Below the pieces are notes generated by a model. The model was not told where the DNA came from. It did not search any database and saw only the letters and a list, made by a program, of their open reading frames with translations. Of a DNA stretch of 64,000 nt, positions 1 to 8,994 are shown one piece after another. Where the stretch lies: contig OY968764.1 in assembly GCA_963695335.1 (NCBI GenBank), forward strand, positions 928,001-992,000, in the 5' to 3' direction. Source of the DNA: an uncultured bacterium. Lineage in GTDB: Bacteria > Babelota > Babeliae > Babelales > Vermiphilaceae. The number at the start of each line of letters is the position of its first letter. Position 1 is the first letter of the stretch. The translations under genes were made by a program, and so were the position numbers.

Positions 1-1
1 A

Positions 2-160
2 GAACTGAAAAAGCGAGTGAGTAAAACAGTTAAAGGTAATAGCTCCTATTGGTATCAGGTAGTAACTGCTCAGTATTCTAATAAAGATGATTTATTACAT
101 CTTGTTGATAAACTAACTAAAGAAGAAAATATTAAAGATGCTCGTATATGTACTTGTTAA
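2..160 (+). CDS. 3' end of a gene cut by the window start; SPOR-like C-terminal domain
   Basis: Open frame 2-160 reads ELKKRVSKTVKGNSSYWYQVVTAQYSNKDDLLHLVDKLTKEENIKDARICTC*; the WYQV motif followed by a helix resembles SPOR domains. Confidence 0.45.
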   Translation, partial: ELKKRVSKTVKGNSSYWYQVVTAQYSNKDDLLHLVDKLTKEENIKDARICTC

Positions 161-192
161 ATTTTGAATAACAAAAAGAAAGGTTTTATAGT

Positions 193-2115
193 ATGATCAT
201 CACTATTCGCAACCAGTTTAAACAATCAACAGTTCGATATATTGCTATTTTGATCGTTGTTGCTTTGAGTGTGGGGATGGTTTCTATTCCTTCATTATTA
301 AGACATGAAGGAAGTTCTTCATGGGCAATGCAGGTTAATGGAGAAAAAGTATCATATCGTGATTTTTCACAAGAACTTGCTGAACAAAGTGAATTTCTTG
401 CCCAAATCCGTGCGCAATATGGCCAATATGCAGATCTTTTAATGCAGGCAATGAACTGGCCAACAGATCCAAAAGCATTGGCATCTGAAGTGCTTATTAA
501 AATAGCACTCCTCAATCAACTTGTTGATGCTCTCGGTATTCATGTTCACTCTCAATATATTGCCGAAAGCATTAATAATGCTCAATTTGCTCGTCAACAC
601 TTACAAAGAATTGTCCCGCAATTTCTTTTTGATTCTACAGGTGTGCTTAATTCTGAAAAACTTAAAATGTTTTTGCAACATAAAGGCATGTCCATTAAAG
701 AATTTGAGCGTAAAATTGAACAGAGTCTTTCTCAATTGCAGGCTATGCAATTTATCGGTTCTACATGCTATGTTCCTTTGTTTGATCTTGAGCAAGAGTT
801 CATAGCACAAAATCTTGGTAAAGAGTTTTCATATCTGACCTTCTCATTAGATTCATTTATAGCAGCAGAAAAGAAAAAAAGCGTAACTGATGAAGATGCT
901 CTGAATTTTTATAATAAAGAAAACAATCAACGCCGTCGTTATTGGGTTCCAGAAAAACGTGATGGAATTGTATGGAAATTTGATGCCAAAAGTTATGGAG
1001 CATCCATTTCTGAAGAACAGATTCATCAATATTATGAAGATAATAAAGTAAGTAAATATGTTCTTGATCCTGTCAAAATCCATGTGCAACAGATAAGTCA
1101 AAAGCAACTTGCGCAACATCCTGATATGACGCTTGAGGTGGTAAAAGAAGAAATTCAAAATAATCCAGCATCTGTATGGGCAAAAAAATGGGAATCAGTA
1201 GATCCTTTTGCTCGAGGCGAAAGAAAAGGAGCTTTTGAAAAAGAAGCTTTCTTATTGCAAAATGTTGGAGACATCTCTCCAGTGATAGAAACAAAAGATG
1301 GTAAAGTTATTCTACAGCTTGTTAAACGCATTCCACGTACCTATAAACCAATCACTGCAGTAAAAAATGAGATTAAAAATATACTTGCAGAAAAACAGTT
1401 CAAAAAGAGCTTTGTAAAAGATCTTAAGGCGGTTGCGGTTAAAGGTGATGCGCAAACAATAGAATCATTTATTGCTCAAAAAGGCGGTAAAAAAGAGATG
1501 GCTGTGGGCATTATGAGAAATGATACCATGCTCTCCCAAGAACTTTTTGGACTCAAAAAAGGAGAATATGCCTTTTTTGTAGAAAATGAAGTGGGAATCG
1601 CGGTGTTGCTTACTAATGTTGTAGAGCGTCACCTTCCAGAATTTAGTTCTATCAAAGCGGTTGTTAAAGATGAACTTTGTGAAGAGCGCGCTTATAATGC
1701 GATGGTTAGTGCAGTACAAGAGGCAAAAGAAGCAACAGTAGGCTCATCTTTTGAGGCTATCGCTAAAAAATACAATATATTGCTTCATCACACAGGTATG
1801 GTGCAGCCGAGCGATCATAAAAAGGTGCAAGAGCTTGATAAAAAAGGACTTCCGGCAAAAACGATGCTTAGTCTTAATAAAGAAGGCTTGGTTTTATCGC
1901 ATAATGACGATAGAACGAGCTTTTTAATAAAAGTTGATGCCATTGAAGAATATAGCGAAGGACATATTTTAGAGGCTGAAAAAGGGATAAAGGCTCAAGT
2001 AATGCCTTATCGTATGAAGTCTCAGGTAGAGAGCGCTATTGCTTCTTTGCATAGAAATGCTACAATAGAAACTAATGAATTAATGGTTATAGCTGGCGAA
2101 GAATATTCAGAATGA
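193..2115 (+). CDS. ppiD: PpiD/SurA-N-terminal-domain periplasmic chaperone (membrane-anchored peptidylprolyl isomerase-like)
   Basis: 640 aa; N-terminal TM helix then AMQVNGEKVS (SurA_N-like); YYEDNK and FEKEAFLLQNVGDISPVIETKDG rotamase-like motif. Confidence 0.7.
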   Translation: MIITIRNQFKQSTVRYIAILIVVALSVGMVSIPSLLRHEGSSSWAMQVNGEKVSYRDFSQELAEQSEFLAQIRAQYGQYADLLMQAMNWPTDPKALASEVLIKIALLNQLVDALGIHVHSQYIAESINNAQFARQHLQRIVPQFLFDSTGVLNSEKLKMFLQHKGMSIKEFERKIEQSLSQLQAMQFIGSTCYVPLFDLEQEFIAQNLGKEFSYLTFSLDSFIAAEKKKSVTDEDALNFYNKENNQRRRYWVPEKRDGIVWKFDAKSYGASISEEQIHQYYEDNKVSKYVLDPVKIHVQQISQKQLAQHPDMTLEVVKEEIQNNPASVWAKKWESVDPFARGERKGAFEKEAFLLQNVGDISPVIETKDGKVILQLVKRIPRTYKPITAVKNEIKNILAEKQFKKSFVKDLKAVAVKGDAQTIESFIAQKGGKKEMAVGIMRNDTMLSQELFGLKKGEYAFFVENEVGIAVLLTNVVERHLPEFSSIKAVVKDELCEERAYNAMVSAVQEAKEATVGSSFEAIAKKYNILLHHTGMVQPSDHKKVQELDKKGLPAKTMLSLNKEGLVLSHNDDRTSFLIKVDAIEEYSEGHILEAEKGIKAQVMPYRMKSQVESAIASLHRNATIETNELMVIAGEEYSE

Positions 2116-3220
2116 AAACAAAAACAACAACTGCAGCTCGTGAAGAGCATTCAAAAGAGAAGAATCAAGCTGAATTATCTATGAAGAAAAAGATGCTCGA
2201 AGTCACTTTTTCTCAGATAGATAAACAATATGGCAGCGGTGCTGTCATGAAGCTTGGAGAGTCAAATAATAGTAGCACAGAAGCAATTTCAACGGGTCCA
2301 TTCTTATTGATCGTGCGATTGGTATTGGTGGTTTGCCAGTTGGAAGAATCATTGAAATTTTTGGACCAGAGGCGTCTGGTAAAACAACATTAGCAATGCA
2401 AGTGATTGCTCAGTCACAAAAAAATGGCGGAATTTGTGCATTTATAGATGCTGAACATGCATTGGATGTTACGTATGCTAAAAATTTAGGCATTAATGCC
2501 GATGAATTGATTATTTCCCAGCCTGATTATGGCGAGCAAGCGCTCGATATTGCTGAAATGCTCGTACGATCAGGCGCTATTGATGTGATAGTAATTGATT
2601 CTGTTGCAGCTCTTGTGCCTAAAGCGGAACTTGAAGGCGATATGGGTGATTCTCATATGGGCTTACAAGCACGACTTATGTCTCAAGCTTTACGTAAATT
2701 AACACCGGTTATTCATAAATCAAAAACGGTGCTTATTTTTATCAATCAAATTCGCCAAAATATTGGTGCAATGCCATTTGCCAACAAAGAAACAACTACG
2801 GGTGGTAATGCGTTAAAGTTTTATGCCTCAGTACGACTTGATGTGCGTAGAATTGCAAGTCTTAAAAAGAATGAAGTCAGTGTTGGAAATCGAGTTCGTG
2901 TACGTGTGGTTAAAAATAAAGTTGCTCCTCCTTTTAAACAGGTTGAACTTGATTTATTATTTAGTGAAGGTATCAGTAAAGAGCTTGATCTTCTTGATGC
3001 TGCATTGCATTTTAAAGTTATAACACAATCAGGTTCATGGTTTGCATTTAACGATACAAAAATAGCTCAAGGCCGTGATCAAGTGTTACAATATTTAAAA
3101 GATGGTAAATCTTTTGCAGAAGTTTATGGCAAGGTTATGGAAGCAATTGCGGTAGAAAAAACTGTTTTTGCCCCTGGGTTTGATGAGCAATCAAAAGAAA
3201 ATGGTCCAGAATTTGATTAA
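2112..3220 (+). CDS. recA: Recombinase RecA, split by a -1 frameshift at ~2297 (ggtcc instead of ggttcc)
   Basis: [15 protein letters not shown]...ISTG in the first [35 protein letters not shown] in the second; adding one T restores [18 protein letters not shown]. Confidence 0.95.
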
Positions 3221-3243
3221 TTAATTGTTTGAGAAAAAGGTAT

Positions 3244-3792
3244 ATGTTGAAAGATAGAAAAGAAAGCGCAACGACTCAGTTGATTAATCAGCAAATTCGT
3301 GCTGAGCGTGTTCAAGTTATAATGCAGGATGGTGAAAACATCGGTGTTGTAAGTAGAGGTCAAGCTTTACGTTATGCAGAAGAGGCAGGACTTGATCTTG
3401 TCATGATAGCGCAGTCAGGTAAAGAAGATGTGCCTGTAGTTAAAATTATGGATTTTGGTAAAGTTCTTTATGAAAAGAAGAAAAAGACTATTGAAGCCAA
3501 AAAACATCAAAAAGTTATTCAAATAAAAGAAGTAAAAATGAGTCCCAAGATCGGTGAGCATGATTATCAAACTAAAATCAAGCAAGCCGCGCAATTTTTA
3601 ACTTCGGGCAAGCGTGTCAAAATAACGCTTTCTTTTAGAGGTCGTGAAATGACGACCAAAGAGACTCGAGGATCAGAGCTTTTTGATAAAATACAAAAAA
3701 GTTTTGAAGAATATGGTTGGGCGAATAATCTTGTTCAAGAGCAAGATTCAAAATTAGGTAAAATGTGGTCACGTATTTATTATTTAAAATAG
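3244..3792 (+). CDS. infC: Translation initiation factor IF-3
   Basis: INQQIRAERV, GLDLV, PVVKIMDFGK, KIGEHDY, FRGRE motifs; lies upstream of rpmI-rplT; ATG at 3244 follows AAAAGG. Confidence 0.95.
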   Translation: MLKDRKESATTQLINQQIRAERVQVIMQDGENIGVVSRGQALRYAEEAGLDLVMIAQSGKEDVPVVKIMDFGKVLYEKKKKTIEAKKHQKVIQIKEVKMSPKIGEHDYQTKIKQAAQFLTSGKRVKITLSFRGREMTTKETRGSELFDKIQKSFEEYGWANNLVQEQDSKLGKMWSRIYYLK

Positions 3793-3812
3793 ATACATAT
3801 TAGGGATAAATA

Positions 3813-4034
3813 ATGGCTAAAAAAGTAGCTAAAAAAGTTAAAATGAAAACTAACTCTTCCGCAAAAAAACGTTTTTCAAAAACAGGCGGAAAAAAAGTTA
3901 AAATTAAACGTGGTAAAGCTTTTAGACGTCACTTAATGACAAGGGCTAACGCAAAAACAAATCGTCAATTCCGCCGTGCAACATATTTTAGTGATGCAGA
4001 TTTACCAGGAATAAAACTTTTATTACCATATTAA
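3813..4034 (+). CDS. rpmI: 50S ribosomal protein L35
   Basis: KMKTNSSAKKRFSKTG...LLPY; between infC and rplT. Confidence 0.93.
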   Translation: MAKKVAKKVKMKTNSSAKKRFSKTGGKKVKIKRGKAFRRHLMTRANAKTNRQFRRATYFSDADLPGIKLLLPY

Positions 4035-4069
4035 TTGTATAAATCGATAAAATACATTAGGAATTAACA

Positions 4070-4417
4070 ATGTCACGAGTTAAACGCGGTCTAGCGACCA
4101 AAAAAAGACATAAACGTCTATTAAAGCAAACCAAAGGTTTTTGGGGACAACGTAAAAATATTTTCAAAAGAGCACACGAAACTTTAATGCGTGCATGGGC
4201 TTTTGCTTTTAAAAGCAGAAAGATGTATAAACGTGATATGCGTGCTCTTTTCATTTCACGTATTACTGCTGCGGTAAGACCTCACGGAACATCGTACAGC
4301 AAGTTTATACATGGTCTTAAAGTTGCTAACGTTGATTTAAATAGAAAAATGTTAAGTCAATTATCAATTTTTGAGCCAAATGCCTTTTCTAAAATTGTTG
4401 AGATCACTAAACAGTAG
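4070..4417 (+). CDS. rplT: 50S ribosomal protein L20
   Basis: MSRVKRG, KGFWG, LNRKMLSQL. Confidence 0.96.
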   Translation: MSRVKRGLATKKRHKRLLKQTKGFWGQRKNIFKRAHETLMRAWAFAFKSRKMYKRDMRALFISRITAAVRPHGTSYSKFIHGLKVANVDLNRKMLSQLSIFEPNAFSKIVEITKQ

Positions 4418-4422
4418 ATTTC

Positions 4423-4452
4423 TTGACAAAGCTTTGAACGAATCATTAGACT
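4423..4452 (+). promoter_or_regulatory. Putative sigma70 promoter for the zapB-like-zapA-rny-ymdB operon
   Basis: TTGACA (4423-4428), 18-nt spacer, TAGACT (4447-4452). Confidence 0.45.
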
Positions 4453-4489
4453 ACTTCCAAGAATGAAGTTTTTAAAAAGGGGAGACTTT

Positions 4490-4807
4490 ATGGAAGTAGT
4501 ATTAATTTTAGAAGAAAAAATCAAAACTTTGGTTGCTATGGCTAAATGTTCAAAAGAACAGTATGCTGCCATGCAGTCAAAGTATGATTCGTTAAAAAGC
4601 GACTTTGATAAATTAAAAGCAGAAAATGATATGCTTTGTGAAGGCAATGCACAATTGACTTGTCAATTAAATGCTATAGAAAAATCAATACAAAAAGAGA
4701 CCTGTCATGTGCAGGAGCTTACGGCAGAACGTTCTATCACTCGTTCAGCCCTTGATGATTTAATAAAGAGTATTGATTCAATTGTTGAGAACGAAAATCA
4801 ACTATGA
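4490..4807 (+). CDS. Coiled-coil protein, ZapB-like cell division factor
   Basis: Heptad-rich, ~105 aa; GGGGAG RBS before ATG 4490; directly upstream of zapA. Confidence 0.55.
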   Translation: MEVVLILEEKIKTLVAMAKCSKEQYAAMQSKYDSLKSDFDKLKAENDMLCEGNAQLTCQLNAIEKSIQKETCHVQELTAERSITRSALDDLIKSIDSIVENENQL

Positions 4808-5094
4808 TGAATGAAAAAAAAAGCTATAAGGTACAAATCTTTGAAGAGACCTATATTCTTTCAAGTGATGAATCGGAAGCGTTAGTATTAAAAGCTGCCG
4901 AAATGGTGGACGCTTCTATGAAAGAAATTAGTCATAAGTTTGCTATTACCGATGTGAAAAAAATAGCAGTGCTTACAGCATTGCGTATTGCAGATAAATT
5001 GTTACATTGTGAACGTAAACAGGCTAAAGAAGAAGAAAGAATAGTTGCTCTTAAAGATTATATTGAACATGAATTATCATTGTTAAATGTGTAA
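4804..5094 (+). CDS. zapA: Cell division protein ZapA
   Basis: KVQIFEETYIL...AAEMVDASMKEI...KIAVLTALRIAD pattern; synteny with rny. Confidence 0.85.
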   Translation: MMNEKKSYKVQIFEETYILSSDESEALVLKAAEMVDASMKEISHKFAITDVKKIAVLTALRIADKLLHCERKQAKEEERIVALKDYIEHELSLLNV

Positions 5095-5142
5095 GTTGTT
5101 ATGGATAATTTCCTGCAATCGCACATATAGTAATGATATATT

Positions 5143-5264
5143 GAAGACAATTCCCTTGTTGTGTGCATTTCCTTACGGTAGCTAACATATTCTGCTTGTG
5201 TATGCGTTTTATTATTGTTACTTAAAAGCTCTCAGGCTTAAGTCTGTTGAGCATGGGAATGTTC
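5143..5264 (+). ncRNA. ssrS: Candidate 6S RNA (short or divergent)
   Basis: Sits between zapA and rny, a known ssrS context; the 5' gaagacaattcccttgtt can pair with the 3' agcatgggaatgttc as a closing stem. Confidence 0.45.
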
Positions 5265-6829
5265 ATGATAGATATATCTATTCTTTTTATAGGAGCCAGT
5301 GTAGCAACTGTTGTTGTTGCACTGCTTTTTTTGTTAGTTGCGTATAAAAAATATGCGGAAGCCGCTGTCCGTGAGGAAGATTCTAAAGAACGATTGAAAA
5401 ACTCAAAACGTGATATTGAGACAGAACGTCAAGCAGCTTTAATAAAAATTAAAGATGAGATGTATCACAAAAGAAAAGAGTTTGAATTAGAACTTAAGCG
5501 TGAACGCATTGAAATTGATCGTCTTCAAACCAAATTAAACACTAAATCAGAACATTTAGAAAAGCGTGAAGTTCAGCTTGATGACTTGCGTATTGAGTTG
5601 CAACAAAAAGAACGTAATTTGTCTCGTCTTGAAGATAATGTTCGTGTTAATGAAACTAAAGTAAAAAGTCTTTATAATGATCTTATTGTAAAGTTGGAAC
5701 AGCTGAGTGGTATGTCCAAAGATGATGCAAAAAATGCATTGTTTGAGACCATTGAGTCAGAAGTTCGCTTAGCAAGTCAAAAATGTGTTCAAAAAGTTGA
5801 AGAAGAAGCACGTCAGACAGCAAAAGAAAAATCCAGTAATATTGTTATTGGTGCAATGCAGCGTTATACAGCTGATCAAGTTGCTCCTCATTTATCAGGC
5901 ATAGTTCATCTTCCTAATGAAGAGATGAAGGGACGAATTATTGGTAAAGAAGGAAGAAATATTAAAGCGCTTGAAATGGCAACAGGCATGGAGTTTGTTA
6001 TTGGAGAATCATCTGAATTATAACCATTTCTGGATTTAATCCAATACGCCGTGAAGTTGCTGGTCGTACGTTAGAAAAACTTATTGTTGATGGCAGAATT
6101 AATCCAACACGTATTGAAGAAACAGTTGCTCAATGCGAAAAAGAAATTGAAGAAATTATTCAAGAATATGGTAAAAATGCGGTTCTTGAATTTAATTTGC
6201 AGGGTATTCATCCTGAAATTGTAACACTTGCTTGGTAAATTACATTTTAGAACCAGTTATTCTCAAAATGTTCTTGTGCATTGTAAAGAAGTTGGTGTAT
6301 TTGCTCGTATGATTGCAGAAGAGATTGGGTCTTGATGGTGCAATGGCATTACGTGCTGGATTATTGCATGATATTGGTAAAGCAGTAACTGCTGAAGTTG
6401 AAGGTCCACATGCTTCTATTGGTGGTGATATTGCAAAACGATGTGGTGAAGATCCAATTGTTGTTAATGCGATTGCTGCCCATCATGAAGAAGTTCCATT
6501 TCAATTCAATTTATGCAATTATCGTGGTTATTGCAGATACTATTTCTGCATCACGTCCTGGTGCACGCAGAGAAACATTAACTGCTTATATTAAACGCTT
6601 AGAAAAACTTGAAGAAATTGCAGGTTCATTTGAAGGTGTTAAAAAAGCGTATGCATTGCAAGCTGGTCGTGAATTACGCGTAATTGTTGAAGAAGATAAT
6701 CTTAATGATGAACAAGCAAATCTTCTTGCTCATAATCTTGCACGTAAAATTGAACAAGAAATGAACTTCCCTGGTCAAATTAAAGTTAATGTTATTCGCG
6801 AAAAACGATCAATTGAATATGCAAGGTAA
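5265..6829 (+). CDS. rny: Ribonuclease Y, interrupted by ~4 single-base indels (~6016, ~6229, ~6323, ~6500)
   Basis: TM, coiled coil, KH domain ([18 protein letters not shown]), HD domain (GLLHDIGK), [10 protein letters not shown] and C-terminal [12 protein letters not shown] spread over different frames. Confidence 0.92.
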
Positions 6830-6832
6830 TGT

Positions 6833-7652
6833 ATGAATACATTACGAGTACTTTTTATTGGTGATGTTGTTGGCGCAGCGGGCCGAGCAATATTCCAAAA
6901 GCATATTGATAAGATAAAAAAAACACATAACATCGATGCTGTTATTGTAAATGGTGAAAATAGCGCACATGGTAGAGGTATAACACGCAAGAATATGCAG
7001 CTTTTTCAAGCACAATGGTGTTGATGTTGTAACAACTGGTAATCATATTTGGCAGCATAAAGAAATATATCAATATCTTGATGAAAATCATGATTTATTG
7101 CGTCCTGCAAATTTTCCTCCAGGAGTTCCTGGAGTTGGGGTAACAACATTTATGGTGGAAGGTCACCTATTGGTGTAATTAATTTGCAAGGTCGTGTGTT
7201 TATGAAAGATCATATTGATTGTCCATTTCATAAGCTGAAGCAATTTAGAACAGTTACAAGAAAAAACGAATATTATTTTTGTTGATTTTCATGCAGAGGC
7301 TACCTCAGAAAAGATGGCGATGTCATTTTTCCTTGATGGCCGAGTGAGTGGTGTTGTGGGTACTCATACGCATGTGCAGACAGCAGATGAACGGATTTTA
7401 CCTGGTGGAACTGCTCATATTACTGATCTTGGTATGACTGGATCATTAAATTCTATGCTTGGTATGAAAAAAGAACCAATTATTCACAATTTTTTGACTG
7501 CATTACCGGTAAAATTTACCCCAGATACGTCAGTTCCTATTGTGCTGAGTGGTGCGTGGATAGAAGTTGATACGCAAACTGGTAAAGCTGTGAAAATTGA
7601 GAGAGTGATGATTATTGATAATGATCTGCAAGTAGGCAGTGAAGACGATTAA
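6833..7652 (+). CDS. ymdB: YmdB/TIGR00282 metallophosphoesterase, with several frameshifts (~7005-7250)
   Basis: LFIGDVVG, NGENSAHGRG, TTGNHIW, LRPAN, DFHAEATSEK, GTHTHVQTAD, TDLGMTG in shifting frames; follows rny. Confidence 0.9.
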
Positions 7653-7654
7653 CA

Positions 7655-7687
7655 AAAGGCCAGTTTAAAACTGGCCTTTAATTTTTT
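7655..7687. terminator. Intrinsic terminator between convergent genes
   Basis: aaaggccagttt-a-aaactggccttt hairpin followed by a T-rich tract. Confidence 0.75.
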
Positions 7688-7697
7688 GATCGATTAT

Positions 7698-8894
7698 TTA
7701 GATATACTCTTGTGGCCTATTTTGTACTTCAAGAGGAACTGGTACAACAAAACATCTATTGTTAACTGTAACAAGAAGCTTTGTGCAATCAGAGGAAAAA
7801 GAAAGATCCACAGGTTCGGTAGTATAACATGTTTCAGGTGTTTCTAATATTGGTGTGATATGAATGCATTTTTGTGTTTGTATATCCCAATATTGTATAT
7901 CAAAAGCACTTTTATCTGGATATCGTGTGTTGAAAAGTACTGTTAAAAGAAGGCTTTGTGGATAGAAAATAACTTTTTTTATAGGAGATATTGCTTCGTT
8001 TTTTTTGTCTTTACATTGAAGTCTCATTAAAATTGGATTGTATGGATATTGTGCTGACAAGTTAAGAAAGTCACGTAACATTGTAAACTTTGGACCAGTA
8101 AACAATCTACTGGGGTGATCGTTTGGATTATCTATCATAGCAGGGGCTGCAATGTAAATTGCAGAACCCCCTTGAGCAATAACAACTGATCCATCATGAT
8201 TATAGTGATAATCACGTTCGGTATATTCAGTTTCAATTATTTTTGGGTGCCTTATGTCCTTCCATGATAAACCTTTTTCTTGTCGTGTCATTGATGAATG
8301 GAAAAACAATTTTCCTTTATGATTGCCTGTATAAAGAATGGGTTGAGTTGGGTGTAATGCAATATCATGACGAAAAAACATACTGCCATCGTATACGCTA
8401 CCCTTCTCATTTGTTGCATAATTATATTTTTCTATGTTTGTTGTTTTATATTTGTCGTAGTATGTTATAAAAATAGTGTCTTCGATTGGACTGAATGTAG
8501 CGGTATTAATGCGGTTTTTAGTATTAATAGATGCAAACCATTCTTCTTTACCTGTTTCTGAGTTGTATATTGTTATCTCATTTGCCAATGATATAGCAAA
8601 TTTTTGTTTGTTTGGGTGAATGGCAAGGTGAATGTGATGACCATATTGTCTAAAATCTCCTACGAAAACTTTCTTTACTACATCATTGTTTTCAGGATTA
8701 ATAATTTGCACCAGTATAGAATCTGAATAAAGTCCTTGTTCGCTTATGATAACGGCACGATCATTCGTAAGGTATTGCGCAGTATGTGGTTTGCGTATAT
8801 TGGTTAATTCAGCAATATTATTTGTTTCTTTTTCCATTGCCTTGGAAACTGGTGCTACAATAAAAGTAATGATAAGAAGATAGCAATATTTCAC
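7698..8894 (-). CDS. Secreted beta-propeller (WD40-like) hypothetical protein
   Basis: 398 aa; signal peptide ending SKAME; repeated LAIHP/ATFSP/IALHP/LSFSSD strand motifs and YWDIQT. Confidence 0.6.
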   Translation of the reverse strand: MKYCYLLIITFIVAPVSKAMEKETNNIAELTNIRKPHTAQYLTNDRAVIISEQGLYSDSILVQIINPENNDVVKKVFVGDFRQYGHHIHLAIHPNKQKFAISLANEITIYNSETGKEEWFASINTKNRINTATFSPIEDTIFITYYDKYKTTNIEKYNYATNEKGSVYDGSMFFRHDIALHPTQPILYTGNHKGKLFFHSSMTRQEKGLSWKDIRHPKIIETEYTERDYHYNHDGSVVIAQGGSAIYIAAPAMIDNPNDHPSRLFTGPKFTMLRDFLNLSAQYPYNPILMRLQCKDKKNEAISPIKKVIFYPQSLLLTVLFNTRYPDKSAFDIQYWDIQTQKCIHITPILETPETCYTTEPVDLSFSSDCTKLLVTVNNRCFVVPVPLEVQNRPQEYI

Positions 8895-8945
8895 ACTCGT
8901 CCTTTTTGGTAATTTGTTGTGATAAATTTGTGATCATTGTATATA

Positions 8946-8980
8946 AAAATAGGCCAGCTGTACACTGGCCTTTAATTTTT
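8946..8980. terminator. Intrinsic terminator downstream of the 700-aa gene
   Basis: aggccag-ctgtaca-ctggcct hairpin flanked by A and T tracts. Confidence 0.65.
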
Positions 8981-8994
8981 AGTTGAAGTAATTC

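Noticed and set aside
2290..2340. Programmed frameshift in recA
   Set aside because: No slippery sequence or stimulatory structure; neighbouring genes show similar scattered indels
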